The translations under genes and the position numbers were made by a program. Source: Eledone cirrhosa (taxonomy: Eukaryota). Taken from it: DNA of 64,000 bases. Location: contig OZ024742.1 in assembly GCA_964016885.1 (NCBI GenBank), positions 347,324,001-347,388,000 of the forward strand, given 5' to 3'. The notes under the pieces were generated by a model, which had not been told where the DNA came from, made no database searches, and saw only the letters and a program-made list of their open reading frames with translations. This document shows, one piece after another, positions 1-13,160 of the stretch. Positions within the stretch are counted from its first letter, which is position 1. Every line of letters begins with the position of its first letter.

Positions 1-1288
1 ACCAGGGAAACATAATCTCTGGTTTTTCGTTTTTCTTCTTTTTCCCAAATTTGGACTCAACTTCACCTCCTTCTCCATCTGATTTTGCTACTTCAATATT
101 TACAACCCTGCCTGTATTATAGTGGCTTCCAAAACACCACATATGTGTGTAGTGGCATCTTTGTGTGTGTGTATATATATGTATATATATCATCATTACC
201 GTTTTGTGTCCATTCTTCCACGCTAGCATGGTATATATGTATGCGTGTGTGTGTGTTTATATATATAGATGTGTGTGTAGAGAGGCATCTTTCTGTGTGT
301 ATATGTGAGGAGTAGGAATAAGGTGTCAAAGTATCAAGTTTATTCAGGAGTGACATGTGTTTCACGATTGATCAGCTCAAGGTACGATCCTTATCTATCG
401 GGCCCAACTGTGAAATCAAGCCATATATATATGTGTGTGTGTGTGTATATATGCGTGTGTGTGTATATTTATATATATGTATGTGTGTGGTGTTTGTTTT
501 TAAAGACAAATATTTTTTAGTTTCAATTTCTTTATTAGAACCATCTCATATTTTCCTAATAAGGCTTCTACAGTTCATTTGGAACAATATAGTTCCTAAG
601 TCTATAATTTAGACGTCTCCAGACCCTTACAGTTAAATTATCAGTGTTGTTGGTACACACACACGCATATATATATATACATACAAGCTTACCCAGTTTC
701 TGTCTACCAAATTTCAGTCACAAGGTATTATTTAAGCTGAAGCTCTAGGAGACAATTGCCTGAGTTGCCATACAGTAGAACTGGACCCAAAGTGTCGTGG
801 TTACAGCCAGCCATGCCTACACCTTTGTAAAATATTATTTCAAGACCTATTTATAACTTACATCACTTCTGTTTCATGTCCATCTCCCAGATTAGCCCAT
901 CGCTTCACAACCACATACTTCCAGACTCAGTCCTATTGTTCAGCCCCTTGAGCAAGTGTCTTCTACTATAGCCTTGAGTTGACCAACACCTTGTGAGTGG
1001 AACTTGGTAGACAAAAATTACAGAAACCTCTTGTATATATATATATATATATGTCTAACCCATGCTAGCGTGGAAGATGGACGTTAAACGAAGATGATGA
1101 TGAGATGATGATATATATATATATATATTGGAAAATGTGTGAGATCCTTGGTACAGTTAGGTATATTTGAAAAAAAGGAAAAGAATGACTTCACTTGTAG
1201 TGTTAACAAATTTTTTGGATTTAATTTTATATAATAATATGAGTATTATATTATAAAATTAAATCCGAAAAACTTTTTAACAATACAC

Positions 1289-1617
1289 ATGGCTTAGTGG
1301 TTAGAGCATTGGCCTTGCAATCGAAAGGTTGTGAGTTCAAATCTCAGACCGGGTGATGTGTTGTTTCCTTCAGCAAGACACTTTATTTCACATTGCTCCA
1401 GTTTACTCACCTGTAGAAATGGGTTGATAGGGACTAGGGTCTATATCATTCCACTGCAAAGTGGTCGTGTAGGTGCCACGGCAAAAAAGCACCCAGCACT
1501 CACTGTAAATGAGGTTGGTGTTAGGAAGGGCATCCAGCTGTAGAAATCAAGCCAGAATCAGTTCCCGTCCCACCCTTGCAAGCAGGGAAAAAGCGGACAT
1601 GAAATGATGATGATGAT
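1289..1617 (+). mobile_element. tRNA-derived SINE with CORE-like body and RTE-type (ATG)n tail
   Basis: A-box TGGCTTAGTGG, B-box GAGTTCAAATC, ccttcagcaagacactt body; tail matches the RTE 3' end at 11185-11238; related heads at ~14432 and ~51870. Confidence 0.75.
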
Positions 1618-1985
1618 ATCATCATCTTCGTTTAACGTCCATCTTCCATGCTAGCATGGGTTAGACATATATATATATATATATATATATACAAGAGGCT
1701 TCTGTAATTTTTGTCTACCAAGTTCCACTCCCAAGGTGTTGGTCAACTCAAGGCTATAGTAGATATATATATATATAGAGAGAGAGAGAGATATGAAATA
1801 GAAGCTTATGCTGTATTTTGACTAAATAAATTAGCTTGATAGTGGGGATTTTTTAAAACCCTCTGAATGGAAAAGGATGAGTATTGATGTACATGGGATA
1901 AAGATGTAGGTTCTATTCCTGATTCATTTCAAACTTCACTCGCTGTCTTCAAAATAAACTTGCTTTTTCATATATATATATATAT

Positions 1986-3418
1986 GAAATAAAATAATTA
2001 AATTATTGTGTACAGTGCTCAGGTGCACTACAACTCATCAAAGGTGCATGTATATTACATAGAATAAATTACAAATGTCAGGAAAGTGAACAGTGTATGA
2101 GTCATGATATACATGTGTGCGTGCGTATGTATGGAGGGGGATATCAGGTGTAGTGTTGGCAAACTTCAGGAAGCATGGAGGTTTTAAAGCATGTAGTGTC
2201 CCGGCACCTAACAACTGATGCAGGTAGCTTGTTCCATGCTTCAGTAACTCTGAGTCATGGGAGCTGTGCTGTTTTCTGACTTTGTAGGCATGCCCAAGAG
2301 TGGCTGACAAAGGTTTTGTGATGCCAAGACACCCTCAGCTTCTTGTCAATTTTATAGACGTGCTTCGTCCAATGCAAATCGCTGCTGACCGTAATGATCA
2401 GGTCACTTTCACAAGAAGACTTCCTGATATTAGTGTTGTTGAGGGAGTATGTGGACACTGGGTTTTTCCTCCCAAAATGCATGGTGGTACACCTGTCCAC
2501 AGCCAGCTTGAGTCGCCACTCCGTGATCTATTGCTGCATTGTGTCCAGGTTTGATTGCAGGAAAGATCTATAGTGTTCAGGATCTGTCCTTTTTATCTCA
2601 AAGTACAGCTTGATGTCATCTGCATATTTCAATACTGTAGTATTCTTTAAGTTGGCATCTATGTCATTAATATATGCAACAAAAAAAAGGAGACCAAGAA
2701 CAGATCCCTGTGGTACACCAGATGACATCTCATATGGTGAGGAATGCTGTCCTAGAACCGTGACTACCTCTCTTCGACTGAGAATGAAGGATTTCAACCA
2801 GTTAAAAAGATCATCTCTCACACCCATTGCGGAGAGTTTTGCCATAAGTCTTTTGTCTGGCACAGAATTAAAAGCTTTAGCAAAGTCAAGGTAAACAACA
2901 TCCACCCATGAGCCACCATCAGTGATCTGGGTGATGTCTTTGAGAAACTCGATAAGTTGATCACAGCAGCTGGAGTTAGGGATAAATCCAAATTGCGAGG
3001 GCCAGATAATACTGTGAGGATTCCAGAGTGTTTCTCTGACACAGGATTCCATCAGTTTGACAATGCAGCTAGTAAGACTAACTGGATGATAGTTGACAGG
3101 CGACGTGCAGTCACCCTTTTTGAACAAAGGAATGACACTGGCAGTTTTCCACTGTTCTGGAGTAACACCATTGTTCAGACAGAATTAGAAGCAGAGTGAA
3201 AGCTGCTGCAGAAGGAAGTACCCACCACGTTTGAGAAGCAGGTGCGTAACACCATCAAGACCAGCAGAGGCATAGTTGCACTTATTCTTAAGGTGACATC
3301 GCAGCATTGCAAGTGTAAATTCCATAGTTATAGAATTTGATGTCAGAGGTAGTGGGGATGGTACATTTTGGTTTTCAACAGTAAAAATGCCTGCATAGCA
3401 TTCAGCAATGAGTCCTGC
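1986..3418 (-). mobile_element. Degraded, 5'-truncated CR1/L2-group LINE (RT fragment plus 3' UTR)
   Basis: ORF 2528-3127 has YLDFAKAF, SGVPQGSVLG and KYADD; flanking stops and frameshifts; 3' UTR ends gagttgtagtgcacctgagcactgtacacaataat. Confidence 0.85.
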
Positions 3419-4254
3419 ACATATATATATATGAGTGTGTCTGTGTTTATATCCTGTGGTGCCCCAGCATGGCCACAGTCTATTCACTGAAACCAGTTAA
3501 CGAATTAAATAATGGTTTTAGAATGGAACAATTGGATACCCTTCTCATTGCTAACCACTCAACCACGAAGAAAGAATGATTTCTACTTTAAACACGGCCT
3601 GCAATATGTGGGGAGGGAGAAGTTGATTATATCGATGCCAGTATTGGATGGTATTTTATCGATCTCAGAAGAATGAAAAGCAAAGTTGATATTGGTGGGA
3701 TTTGAACTCAGAATGTAAACAGTAACAAATGTTGCAAAGTATTTTATCTAAAAGTCTAATGATTCTGCCGCCTTCAACTATAAAGAAAGAATGAAACCAG
3801 TTTTATAAGAGGTGGGGGTATGTACAGTTATGTCCCTTTACCTTGGCATATAGCTATACAGGGTGGGCTGTAAGTCGCACACCAAAGCATTAAAAACAAT
3901 TTAATATATATATACATTGTATTGTGTTAATAACAAAAGTTATATTGAAATAACAAAGATGTGAAAGATCGATTCATAATCAGGATGAGCTCCATTGAAT
4001 TTCTCAGTAACAGATCGAGTTAATATCATTTCTTCACTATACAATAAATTTATAGCATAAATATCTACTCTATGTTCAATACAGTATTATTGTTGTTGTT
4101 CTATACCTAAAGTAGAATTTATATGGTTTTAATTGAAGCTGAGGAATCTTTTTATTATTACTCAGGCATTTTGTGTAGATTGCTTCTCTCTGTATGTATA
4201 TATATATATATAACTTTCTGATTATTAAGCTGGAGTTTTGAACATAATTAAACA

Positions 4255-4530
4255 AAGGTTTTTACATAATACAAGCAGCTGAAATGATGGTACTCCGAAG
4301 GGTCTTTGGAGTAAAGTTACTTGATAGAGTGCGTAGCTAAGAGATCAGAGAGTCACTCTAGGTAGAGCCGCTTCCTCTCCAAATTGAGAGATCACAGCTC
4401 CCATACTATGGGCATGTAGTTAGAATGCCGCAGGAAAGAATCACTGGACAGATTTTATGGGCAAAACCAACCAGCAAGAGAACCAGAGGTAGACCCCAAA
4501 CAAGATGATTTGATAACATCCATGAGCTTA
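4255..4530 (+). mobile_element. Old RTE-type LINE C-terminal remnant
   Basis: Translates with stops to QAAEMMVLRRVFGVKLLDRVR...YYGHVVRMPQER...RGRP. Confidence 0.65.
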
Positions 4531-4981
4531 GCCAGATCAGTTATATATGGTTGCTTCTGATAGGACCAGCTAGAACCTTCTCGGGAATAAGTGGGCAAAG
4601 AAGAAGAAAAACAAAGAAGGCTTTTAAATAAATATAAACAATTTAGTATCATAGAACCAGGGGCCGTTTCAGGTGGTTTGATATCGAAAGGATTAAAGCT
4701 AAATTTCCTCAAACGGCTCTGACATCCAAAGTAACTTAATAACTGTCTTTTGTTGTTATTTTTTATACATGTAATGTAATATAAGTACCTTGTACATATA
4801 CATACATGCAATATATGCACCTCATAGATAGTGGTATAGTTACAGTGTGTTCCATCTGGGGGAGCCCTTAAGTTTATCATTCCCATCTCACAAAAATACA
4901 CTATATTGCACAGTGACTCCTTAAATTTCTTGCCAACAACAACCCTGAGCACCTTTTTGATTTCCATGTGTCTAACACACA

Positions 4982-5312
4982 TGGGCATGCCTACAAAGTC
5001 AGAAAACAGCACAGCTCCCATGACTTTTGAAAACATTTTTTCACGCTCGGAGTTGCTGAAGCATGGAACAAACTACCTGCATCAGTTGTTAGCTGTCGAA
5101 ACACTGCATCCTTTAAAACCTCCATGCTTCCTGAGATTCGCCAACACTACACCTGATGTCCCCCCTCCATATACACGCACACATGTATTTCATGACTCGT
5201 ACACTGTTCATTTTTCTCATATTTGTACATTATTCTATGTACTATACATGCACCTTTGATGAGTTGTAGTGCACCTGAGCACTGTACATAATAATTTCAT
5301 TATTATTTTATT
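4982..5312 (+). mobile_element. 3' UTR copy of the CR1/L2-group LINE (other copies 8255-8580 minus, 14355-14404 minus)
   Basis: Close similarity to the reverse complement of 1990-2295. Confidence 0.8.
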
Positions 5313-5464
5313 TTTATTTATATATATATTAACTAATTTGTGTACTATTATAATGTTATTTTCATATACTTTTATTTCAATACAGGCTTATACAAATTCA
5401 AAGGTTTCACCTCCATAAAGGTGTCGTCTAGAGAAAACCACTCTAGATATGCTACTATGTACAT

Positions 5465-5496
<32 letters not shown>

Positions 5497-5527
5497 GTAT
5501 ATATACATTCATGTAATGTAAGTACCT

Positions 5528-5560
<33 letters not shown>

Positions 5561-6250
5561 ACACAATGCATGTATATACATGGCAAAATGGACGTTAAAT
5601 GATGACGATGATGATCATGAAAATACCTCATATTTGTACATAAAATACATGCATTGTAAGTGTCTTGTATATACAGGTACAACACTAATCTTCCGGCACC
5701 TTTTTCTGTTATGGCAATATTATGACTGGACACATCAATTCCTGTGACCCACCAGCTTAGTTCTAGTTAATTCCAGACCTGTCAACTCTCCCCATCGGAC
5801 AGAGAGATCACCCACCCCGAAGTGGGTGGGTGAAAGATATTTTCTCTTGTGAAAATAGGTATAGCTTTCATTATGTAAAATTTCCCCATTTTACCTCATT
5901 TCATGGTACTCCACGTTGGGGTTTTTAGAGGTTGGCAGGTCTGTAATTCAAACTAGGAGGTCAGCATGGTGCATTAGATTTAATTCTAAGCATTTTCACC
6001 TTCCTACTGTTATAGTTGAAAGGTAGGAAGTATGTTTTTTCTTCCAATTCATAATATATTTCCAGTGAATCATTACAGAGGTAAAAGACCCTTAATTCTA
6101 TATCAAGACAATCACTCTTGCCTCAAGTGGGAATACCCCCGTCCAAACCCATGCAAGCGTGGAACACGGACGTTAAACGTTGATGATGATGATGATGATG
6201 ATGATCAATACTTCACCAGTACTATATATATCAATACTTCACCAGTACTA

Positions 6251-6891
6251 TCATCATCATCATCATCATCATCAACGTTTAACGTCCGTGTTCCATGCTT
6301 GCATGGGTTTGGACGGGGGTTTTCCCACTTGAGGCAAGAGTGATTGTCTTGCTCGCATAGGACTGTCTGGCAGATTTTCTACAGTTGGATGCCCTTCCTA
6401 ACACCAACCACAGTGTGGGTCTGGGAGGTTTTTACCGTGTTGCCTACACAGCCACATTACAGCGTGGACTGTGTGTTTTTTTGTCGTGACACCTACACGA
6501 TCTCATTTGTTTCGGCCTGGATGGTGTGGCACCAACATAACTTTACATAGAAGGGGCGGTGTGGATGGGGTGGGACGGGGGTGTATTTTGTTAGAGATGC
6601 CTACTGACTGTAGTAGGTTTTACTATGTATTTAGGTAAGGTGGGTCTTCTCTATTACTGAGTACCGCCAAAGGTCTCGGTCCAGTGACATTGTCTTGGAG
6701 AGGTGTAAGTGTTTGAGGTCGGAGTTTATCAGCTCGTCCCAGGTTTTTCTGGGTCTGCCTATTCCATGGCTACCGTCTATCTTTATTGCCCTGCACTTTG
6801 TTATACAGCTATCATCTTTCATGCGCATCACGTGTCCATACCAACGTAGCCTTCCCTCGAGTAAACAACATCTGATCCCTCTTATTTCTAA
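6251..6891 (-). mobile_element. 5'-truncated RTE family-1 copy (ORF end plus 3' UTR plus (ATG)n)
   Basis: Matches 45695-46350; peptide [29 protein letters not shown]. Confidence 0.9.
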
Positions 6892-7568
6892 CTATATATA
6901 TAAATATCAATACTTCACCAGTACTATATATATCAATACTTCACCAGTACTATATATATATATATATCAATACTTCACCAGTACTATATATATCAATACT
7001 TCACCAGTACTATATATATCAATACTTCAACAGTACTATATATATATATATATATATCAATACTTCACCAGTACTATATATATCAATACTTCAACAGTAC
7101 TATATATATCAATACTTCAACAGTACTATATATATATATATATATCAATACTTCACCAGTACTATATATATCAATACTTCAACAGTACTATATATATCAA
7201 TACTTAACCAGTACTATATATATCAATACTTCACCAGTACTATATATATCAATACTTCACCAGTACTATATATATCAATACTTCACCAGTACTATATATA
7301 TATCAATACTTCAACAGTACTATATATATCAATACTTCACCAGTACTATATATATCAATACTTCACCAGTACTATATATATCAATACTTCACCAGTACTA
7401 TATATATCAATACTTCACCAGTACTATATATATCAATACTTCACCAGTACTATATATATCAATACTTCACCAGTACTATATATATCAATACTTCAACAGT
7501 ACTATATATATCAATACTTAACCAGTACTATATATATATATCAATACTTCACAAGTACTATATATATA

Positions 7569-7937
7569 TAACAAAACACTGGCGTGTATGAATATAACAA
7601 GTCACTAGGTTGTGTGTATAAAGTTTAATTAACAAGTTGAAGTTATGTAGAATAGTATAGTTGACATGTCCATAAGTAGATGAAAGAATGAAGTAAAGTT
7701 ATTTGTTACCGTTTTGAAGTTAGCTCGCAAGAGACCATGTTAGGGTTGCCATGCGAACGCGCCTGGCCGAAGAGTTAGAAGAGAGCAAATGAGAGAGAGA
7801 TCGCTCTGAGTATCCCTTTTATAGGGTCTCAGGACGGAAGTGACAAAAAGGGTTCTGCCACCCCAACGGGAACTCCAGCTACTTCCTGTCTAGAGAGAGG
7901 TGATGTGATTGTCATAAGGGAGGCAACTCTTGCTACA
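7569..7937 (-). mobile_element. Probable solo LTR inserted at a TA tract
   Basis: On the minus strand it starts TGTAGCAAG, has TATAAAA then ATTAAA, and ends TTGTTA(TA); ~370 bp; flanked by (TA)n; the canonical terminal CA is not seen. Confidence 0.55.
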
Positions 7938-8057
7938 TATATATCAATACTTCAACAGTACTATATATATATATATATATATATATCAATACTTCAGCAA
8001 TACTATATATATATCAATACTTCAACAGTACTATATATATATATATATATAATAATA

Positions 8058-8244
8058 ATTGTTTCTACTTTAGGCACAAGGCCAGCAATTACCCAGTGCA
8101 TTACTGGTACTTTATTTTATCGACCCCGTAAGGATGAAAGGCAAAGTCAACCTCGGCGGGATTTGAACTCAGATCGCAAAGGGACGTAACTATGCTAGAA
8201 AGCATGGCGTCCGACCCTCTACCGATACTGCCAATCCACCGCCC
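8058..8244 (-). mobile_element. tRNA-like SINE of a second family (related copies ~3600-3770, 56355-56470, 57370-57500, 58135-58290)
   Basis: B-box GAGTTCAAATCCC followed by gccgaggttgactttgcctttcatcc; recurs several times in the window. Confidence 0.75.
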
Positions 8245-8584
8245 TTATATATATATAATAATAATGAAATAATAATGAAAATATTGTGTACAGTGCTCAG
8301 GTGCACTACAACTCATCAAAAGTGTATGTATAGTACATAGGGTAATGTACAAACGTCAGGAAAATGAACAGTGCATGAGTCATGATATACACATGTGTGC
8401 ATGTGTATGGAAGGGGTACATCAGGTGTAGTTTTGGCGAATTTCGGGAAGCATGAGCGTTTTAAAGGATGCAGTGTCTCGGCAGCTAACAACTGACGCAG
8501 GCAGTTTGTTCCATGCTTCAACAACTCTAAGCGTGAAAAAATGTTTCCGAAAGTCATGGGAGCTGTGCTGTTTTCTGATTTTTT

Positions 8585-8626
<42 letters not shown>

Positions 8627-9063
8627 CTTCAACAGTACTATATATATCAATACTTCACCAGTACTATATATACATATCAATACTTCAACAGTACTATATA
8701 TATATATCAATACTTCACCAGTACTATATATATCAATACTTCACCAGTACTATATATATATATCAATACTTCACCATATATTTTATTAACTTCTAAAGAA
8801 CAAAAGGCATATTTGACTGTGGCAAGATTTGAACCGAGGTATTTTTATCTGACGCCCTAACAACTCTGCCAATATAGTCTGGCAAAACAGATAATCCATC
8901 CCCCCAAAGGTGTTGGAAATCGGTGTTATACCTGTACCTCATACCTGTACCTACAGCATATAATACATATATACATACAACATATAATATATATGTGTAT
9001 ATATATATACATGCATACAGCATATAATATATATATATATATATATATATACATGCATACAGC

Positions 9064-9116
<53 letters not shown>

Positions 9117-9305
9117 GCATACAGCATATAATATATATATATATATATAAACATATATACACACAAGACATTGTCACACCTGAGGTTTTAGAAGGAAACA
9201 CCTGCCCAAGGTGTCACTAAGTTTGAATTAACCTGAAACCTGTACCTCATACCTGTACATACAATATAAAGCTTTAGTAGATGATGATGATTATGTCATT
9301 AATAT

Positions 9306-9382
9306 TTAACAGGTGTCCATGAAAGATTCAATCATACGACTTCCATTAGTGATACACGTCGTGGCTATTAAGAACTGGTAAC
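9306..9382 (-). CDS. VPS33B: VPS33B-like last coding exon: (G)YQFLIATTCITNGSRMIESFMDTC*
   Basis: TTTTACAG acceptor, phase 1, TAA stop at 9306-9308; TTxxTN motif. Confidence 0.9.
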
Positions 9383-9469
9383 CTGTAAAAGATAAATATA
9401 TATTTACAATAAATGATTATTCAGATTATATGTGCGTATATATATATATATGCACAGGGACATAGAAAT

Positions 9470-11238
9470 AATCAGGCTGGATACCCAATCACGCGGTTAA
9501 ACCACTGGGAGTGAAGGACCCCTAGCTCTTGTCAGGGCATTCTTCTAGGACAAGGCATCTCAGGAAACTGGGTTAACTCCGACATAAAACCTTCAACTCA
9601 GTAGTTACCGATGATGTTGATCTTTTCTTCTTTTCGGGTTATAGCTACTGTCGCTCAGAGAGTGGGATTGGCTCAGTGCACAGTCTTTCTTCATTTTAAA
9701 AATATTCTTCACACACAGGCATTGCACGATTGTATTAATTAATAATTATTATTATTGTTATGATCATGCTGTAAAATGGAGGGTAGAGAGGTGCTCATGA
9801 GTCCAGTAAGACATCCTCTCTAGTGCTGGTGGCACGAATAAAAGCACCCAGTCCATGCTGTAAAGTGGCACTGGTGTTAGGAAGGACATCCAACCAGTAT
9901 ATTAATGCCAAAACAATTATGAGCACAACAAATATATATCGCAATAACTGCTTCAACAGCAATAACACTAACCATGTTAGGGCTGCGCACAGTAGTGGGG
10001 TGGCTGGTGCGGCCATGTGCGAGAACCCCCTGACCGTCTTCAAGCAATCACACTACAAGAAAAGGAACAACAAAAATATGAAGACGTCGCATCTCAGAGT
10101 TGCAACACTTAATGTTGGCACTCTCACAGGTAGATCTGGTGAAATAGCGGAGATGCTGGAGATAAGACATGTGGATGTGTGCTGCATGAAAGAGGTGAGA
10201 TGGAGAGGTGCCTCTGCGAGACTAATCGCAGGGAAACATCTTAGTTATAAGCTTTTCTGGGTAGGTAAGGATGATGGGTGAGGGAGGAGTAGGCATTTTC
10301 CTGGCTGAGTGATGGATCGATAAGACAATAGAGGTAGTTCGAGTTAATAATAGAATAATTAAGCTTAGATTAGTTGTAGGCAAGAGACTACTGACAATCA
10401 TCTCTGCCTATGCTCCCCAGGCAGGCCTAGGTAAAGAAGAGAAAGACTGCTTTTACGAGCAACTTTTACAAACAGCCGCAATGACAGAGGACGGAGACAT
10501 TGTTATGCTAGCAGGGGACTTCAATGGTCATGTTGAACAGCTCCAGGATGGTTACACTGGGGTACATGGTGGGCACGGTTACGGCTCAAGAAATGAAGAA
10601 GGAGTGAGACTTCTTGAATTTTGTGATGCAAGTGTACTAACCATTTGCAACACTAACTTCCAGAAACCTGCCAACCACCTAATAACCTACAAATAAGGCG
10701 AGCACATAAGCCAGATTGACTTCTTACTAGTTAGGCAGCGGCACAGGCAGATGGTATTAAATACCAAGGCATACCCTGGGGAAGAATGTACCCCACAGCA
10801 TAGGTTAGTCGTTAGTGATATCTCAGTAAGCAAGAGATGGAATGAGACATACAGGAAGGTGTGGAGAAGAAAGGTCTGGAAGCTAAAAGACCTTTCACTA
10901 AAATACAAATTTAGGAAAGCCCTTCAAGATGTGTATGATGAAAAAGAAGACGATTTAGAGTCATATGACATAGATAATAACTGGAATTTCTTACGTGACA
11001 ACTTACTGCAGGCTACTGATGAAACTTGTGGCTAATGATTCTGCCAATCCACCATCTCAGTAGTTGAGGTAGACCACGAAAAACATGGGTGGAGGTGGTG
11101 AGAGCAGATCTCAGATCGCTGAAGCTCACGGTGGAGATCACGAAGGACCGTGACAAGTGGAGAGATGCTGTGCTGAATAGGACCTGTCCCACCCTTGCAA
11201 GCAGGGAAGAGTGGATGTAAAATGATGATGATGATGAT
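9470..11238 (+). mobile_element. Internally deleted RTE family-2 LINE in the last VPS33B intron (APE endonuclease joined to 3' end)
   Basis: LRVATLNVGTL, EVRWRG, AGDFNGHV and SQIDF APE motifs with stops; RT missing; jumps at ~11035-11065 to RGRPRKTW and the (ATG)n tail; 5' boundary uncertain. Confidence 0.8.
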
Positions 11239-12257
11239 ATATATATATAAATATTGACTAGGTTATAGTTAGTATTCGCCATAAACCCGTTTACTCACAA
11301 TTACTCACTCAATGAGATATAGTTTGAATGTGTGTCAAGCAAAGCCTGTCTTAGAGTGATAATACAGTGTATATTCATATTGTGGCATATACATATTGTG
11401 ATTTAGACAGAAGATGAGAATCCATTGCAGGACCTGAGGGGTCTGGTGGCGAGATGGAGGGTTGGAAGGAAGAAGCCATAACTCTTAGGCCACTACATAA
11501 GAAAGTGTGTGTGTTGGGGTTTAGTTATTGGCAGATCTGGGACTTAGTTTGCATATTTTCAACATCAGAAGGGAGCTCCATTTGATGCAGGATTGGTCGG
11601 GAGACGCTGTCTCGCTCGTATGGAACTGTGCAAGTTAATGGTAGTATAGTAAGGCAATCAGAGATTTGAAGACAGGCAAAGCAGGGCCTTCAGGGATAGT
11701 TGCTGAAATGTTAAAGGCATCTGGAATTAAGTCTTCTCATTAGAAAATCCATTATGTTTGCCTATTGCTTTTGTTTTTCTAGTCTCTCCCAGGTCAGCTA
11801 TGTACGTTTGCCTTCCGGAAGTCAACCTTTTCCTCCCACCCATCTCCACTCACCACCATTTGGTCCAATCAAAACTCAGCGGTTTTATAGTAAGGTTTCT
11901 AATGCTAATCTCTGTCGCAAGGCTGCTACTTCTTAAGCTTAGATCTAGCTTTAATAAATGGACTACGGAGTTAGAGAATCTGAACACTCACAATAACAAT
12001 GACAAAGATAAATTCACCTATATATATATATATTTATATACGATTTCACAGAGTTTATATTCATAGAGATCTGGGACTTGTCTATTTCTACTCACTTTCC
12101 GTTGCTTAAACCCTTTTGTTGTTACTCTAGCGTCCCCCTTTATTTACGTGTCCCAACGACTTTTTTTAGCCGTTGTTCGCACCAACCTGAGGCATATGGC
12201 CCTTAAAGCGATGAAATGCCGAGGACGGTTGGAGGGTCACTGATGAAGGACTCACTT

Positions 12258-12321
<64 letters not shown>

Positions 12322-12427
12322 ATAATAATAAATTTGAAGACTAAAATCCAAAGAGGGCTCGATAAGGATAAATATATATCAAATATATGAAATGAAATGA
12401 AAAAATGAAATGAAAAAATGAATGAAA

Positions 12428-12458
<31 letters not shown>

Positions 12459-12783
12459 CTCATGTTACACACAGATCCAGATAAAGTTTCAGGACACATA
12501 TATGAGACACACACATACATAGGCATATGTAACAGAAAAGTCACATACACATATATACATTTGAGATACATAGAGAAAGAGATATACATAGATCAATGTA
12601 AAGGTTCATATGTAAGCAAGACATGGCACCCAACCCATCTACGATGATGGAAGTACTGATTGAATTCTGACTTATTCTGTAATAACCATCCAACCTATAC
12701 TAACATGGAAAAACGTGAGTAAACTAATGGTGATGATGATGATGATATGAGCACAAGGAAGGAAAGTAACGCCACACTCTCAC

Positions 12784-12897
12784 CTTTTTCACGGCCCAAT
12801 AAACGCAGTGCAGCTATTTCTGCAAATGTGCATCCACCAAGAAAAAACACCATAACTACTCTAGCAGCAGGGTAATCTGTAAAACTTTTTGATTTGC
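12784..12897 (-). CDS. VPS33B: VPS33B-like exon: (G)[37 protein letters not shown](G)
   Basis: CAG/GTGAGA, 114 nt phase 1-1; FLGGCTFxEIxALR Sec1 C-terminal motif. Confidence 0.95.
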
Positions 12898-13066
12898 CTG
12901 CAATGAGAATAAAAAACAATCATGAAATACAACAAACATCTTAACCCTTTAGTTACAGTAAGAAAAAGGTAGGATGGTCATAGCTGGAACGTCTTTGGTA
13001 AATAGTTTGCACATCTAGGGCTGGCCTGGGGTTCAACAGCAACAATATAAGCAAGACAGAACTTAC

Positions 13067-13160
13067 CTTTAGGAATCCGAGATCGTATACTACAGAATGT
13101 TTCTCCAGGTAATAACTTGGTCACATCTTCCAAACCTGAGAAACCATTCCTACTTAAAAC
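13067..13160 (-). CDS. VPS33B: VPS33B-like exon: VLSRNGFSGLEDVTKLLPGETFCSIRSRIPK(G)
   Basis: CAG/GTAAGT, 94 nt phase 0 to 1; continues in frame after the 39.4 kb intron. Confidence 0.88.

Larger units (their letters stand above)
6892..8778. repeat. Minisatellite TCAATACTTCA(C/A)CAGTAC(TA)n, ~28-40 bp units, interrupted by TE insertions
   Basis: About 23 units in 6907-7560, more at 7945-8032 and 8625-8778, and two at 6204-6250. Confidence 0.9.

Noticed and set aside
1289-1355. tRNA genes (also ~14440 and ~51878)
   Set aside because: A and B boxes are present but there is no proper acceptor stem, and they run into SINE body sequence
9470-9680. HDV-like or twister ribozyme at the RTE 5' region
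   Set aside because: Plausible for RTE elements, but I could not build the required pseudoknot pairings by eye; needs an Infernal search
12225-12262. CTGATGA hammerhead-like start (also GAAACACATGTC at ~345-365 minus and CTGGAGA...GGAAC at ~580-625 minus)
   Set aside because: Only half of the core, or a degenerate core without closing stems; possibly dead PLE ends but not supportable
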